Shown here: piece by piece, positions 63,377-64,000 of the stretch
Layout: each line of letters opens with the position of its first letter
How positions within the stretch are numbered: the stretch's first letter is position 1
From: an uncultured Pseudomonadota bacterium
GTDB lineage: Bacteria > Oederibacteriota > Muellerivitia > Muellerivitales > Muellerivitaceae
Assembly: GCA_963770835.1 (NCBI GenBank)
Contig: CAVYRH010000026.1
Location: 576,001 to 640,000, forward strand
Direction: 5' to 3'
DNA: 64,000 nucleotides
The notes under the pieces: generated by a model
The model's database searches: none
What the model was told of the DNA's origin: nothing
Seen by the model: the letters and a program-made list of their open reading frames with translations, nothing else
Translations under genes and position numbers: made by a program

Positions 63377-64000
63377 ATGAAGAGAATCCTCGCCGTGGAC
63401 GATAACAAAGCCGAATGCTTTCTGTTGGAGTTGGCGCTGGGAAAAGCCCTGGGCTACGAAGTGCTGACGGCGGCCAGCGGCCGGTCGGCCCTCGACCAAG
63501 TCGCCCGGTACTCCCCCGACGCGGTCATCCTGGACCTCTTCCTGCCCGACATCAGCGGCCTGGAGGTGCTCAAGGAGCTCAAGAAATCCCGGCCCAGCCT
63601 GCCTGTCATCATGCTCACGGGCCTTGCGGACATTCCGAAGGCCGTGGAAGCCATCCAGATGGGGGCCGATAATTTCCTCACCAAGCCCTTCGAGAACGAC
63701 CACTTGCTCGTGATCCTCCGCCACGCGGTCGAGCAAAACGACCTGCTCCAGGAGGTGTCGGCCCTGCGGCGAAAGGCGGGGAGGATTGGGCCCGCCCTTT
63801 CCAGCATGGCGGGCCGCAGCCCCGCCATCCAGGAGGTGGTCGGGCTCATCCACAAATTGGCCGATTCCAACCTGACCGTGCTGGTCCAGGGCGAGACCGG
63901 GACCGGCAAGGAGCCGGCGGCCCGGGCCCTTCACGAGGAAAGCTCCCGCCGGGACGGGCCCTTCGTGGCGGTGGATTGCGGGGCGCTGCCGGAAAACCTT
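63377..64000 (+). CDS. sigma54-dependent response regulator (NtrC family), 3' truncated
   Basis: ILAVDD, ILDLFLPD, TKP receiver domain; GETGTGKE Walker A; FVAVDCGAL. Confidence 0.92.
   Translation, partial: MKRILAVDDNKAECFLLELALGKALGYEVLTAASGRSALDQVARYSPDAVILDLFLPDISGLEVLKELKKSRPSLPVIMLTGLADIPKAVEAIQMGADNFLTKPFENDHLLVILRHAVEQNDLLQEVSALRRKAGRIGPALSSMAGRSPAIQEVVGLIHKLADSNLTVLVQGETGTGKEPAARALHEESSRRDGPFVAVDCGALPENL

Overview
GC-rich diderm bacterial chromosome segment, mostly + strand genes, with no rRNA, tRNA or CRISPR array seen. 1-14 kb holds chemoreceptor loci (three MCPs, two sharing a near-identical ~0.9 kb 3' end, plus periplasmic binding proteins and porins), a cysteine desulfurase, a DUF2064 protein and pgi. 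14-29 kb holds secreted/membrane genes (Sel1, DUF192, porin, NHL, GH3) and an IS5-family element split by an antisense group II intron. 29-36 kb holds an NrdR-box promoter, a long structured leader and a class II ribonucleotide reductase (nrdJ, one frameshift). Its last 78-104 bp recur three times, with toxin-antitoxin cassettes between the copies. 40.7-44.2 kb is a second group II intron whose RT gene is split by an IS1111-type (IS110 family) element; the IS non-coding end carries segments matching its own target and donor (bridge/seek RNA-like). 44-64 kb holds TetR/SDR, a tandem ParB-like protein, an RHH-PIN pair and a run of lipoprotein/secreted genes, most followed by a same-orientation terminator-plus-tail repeat. 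Product calls rest on motif recognition by eye; no database search was run.
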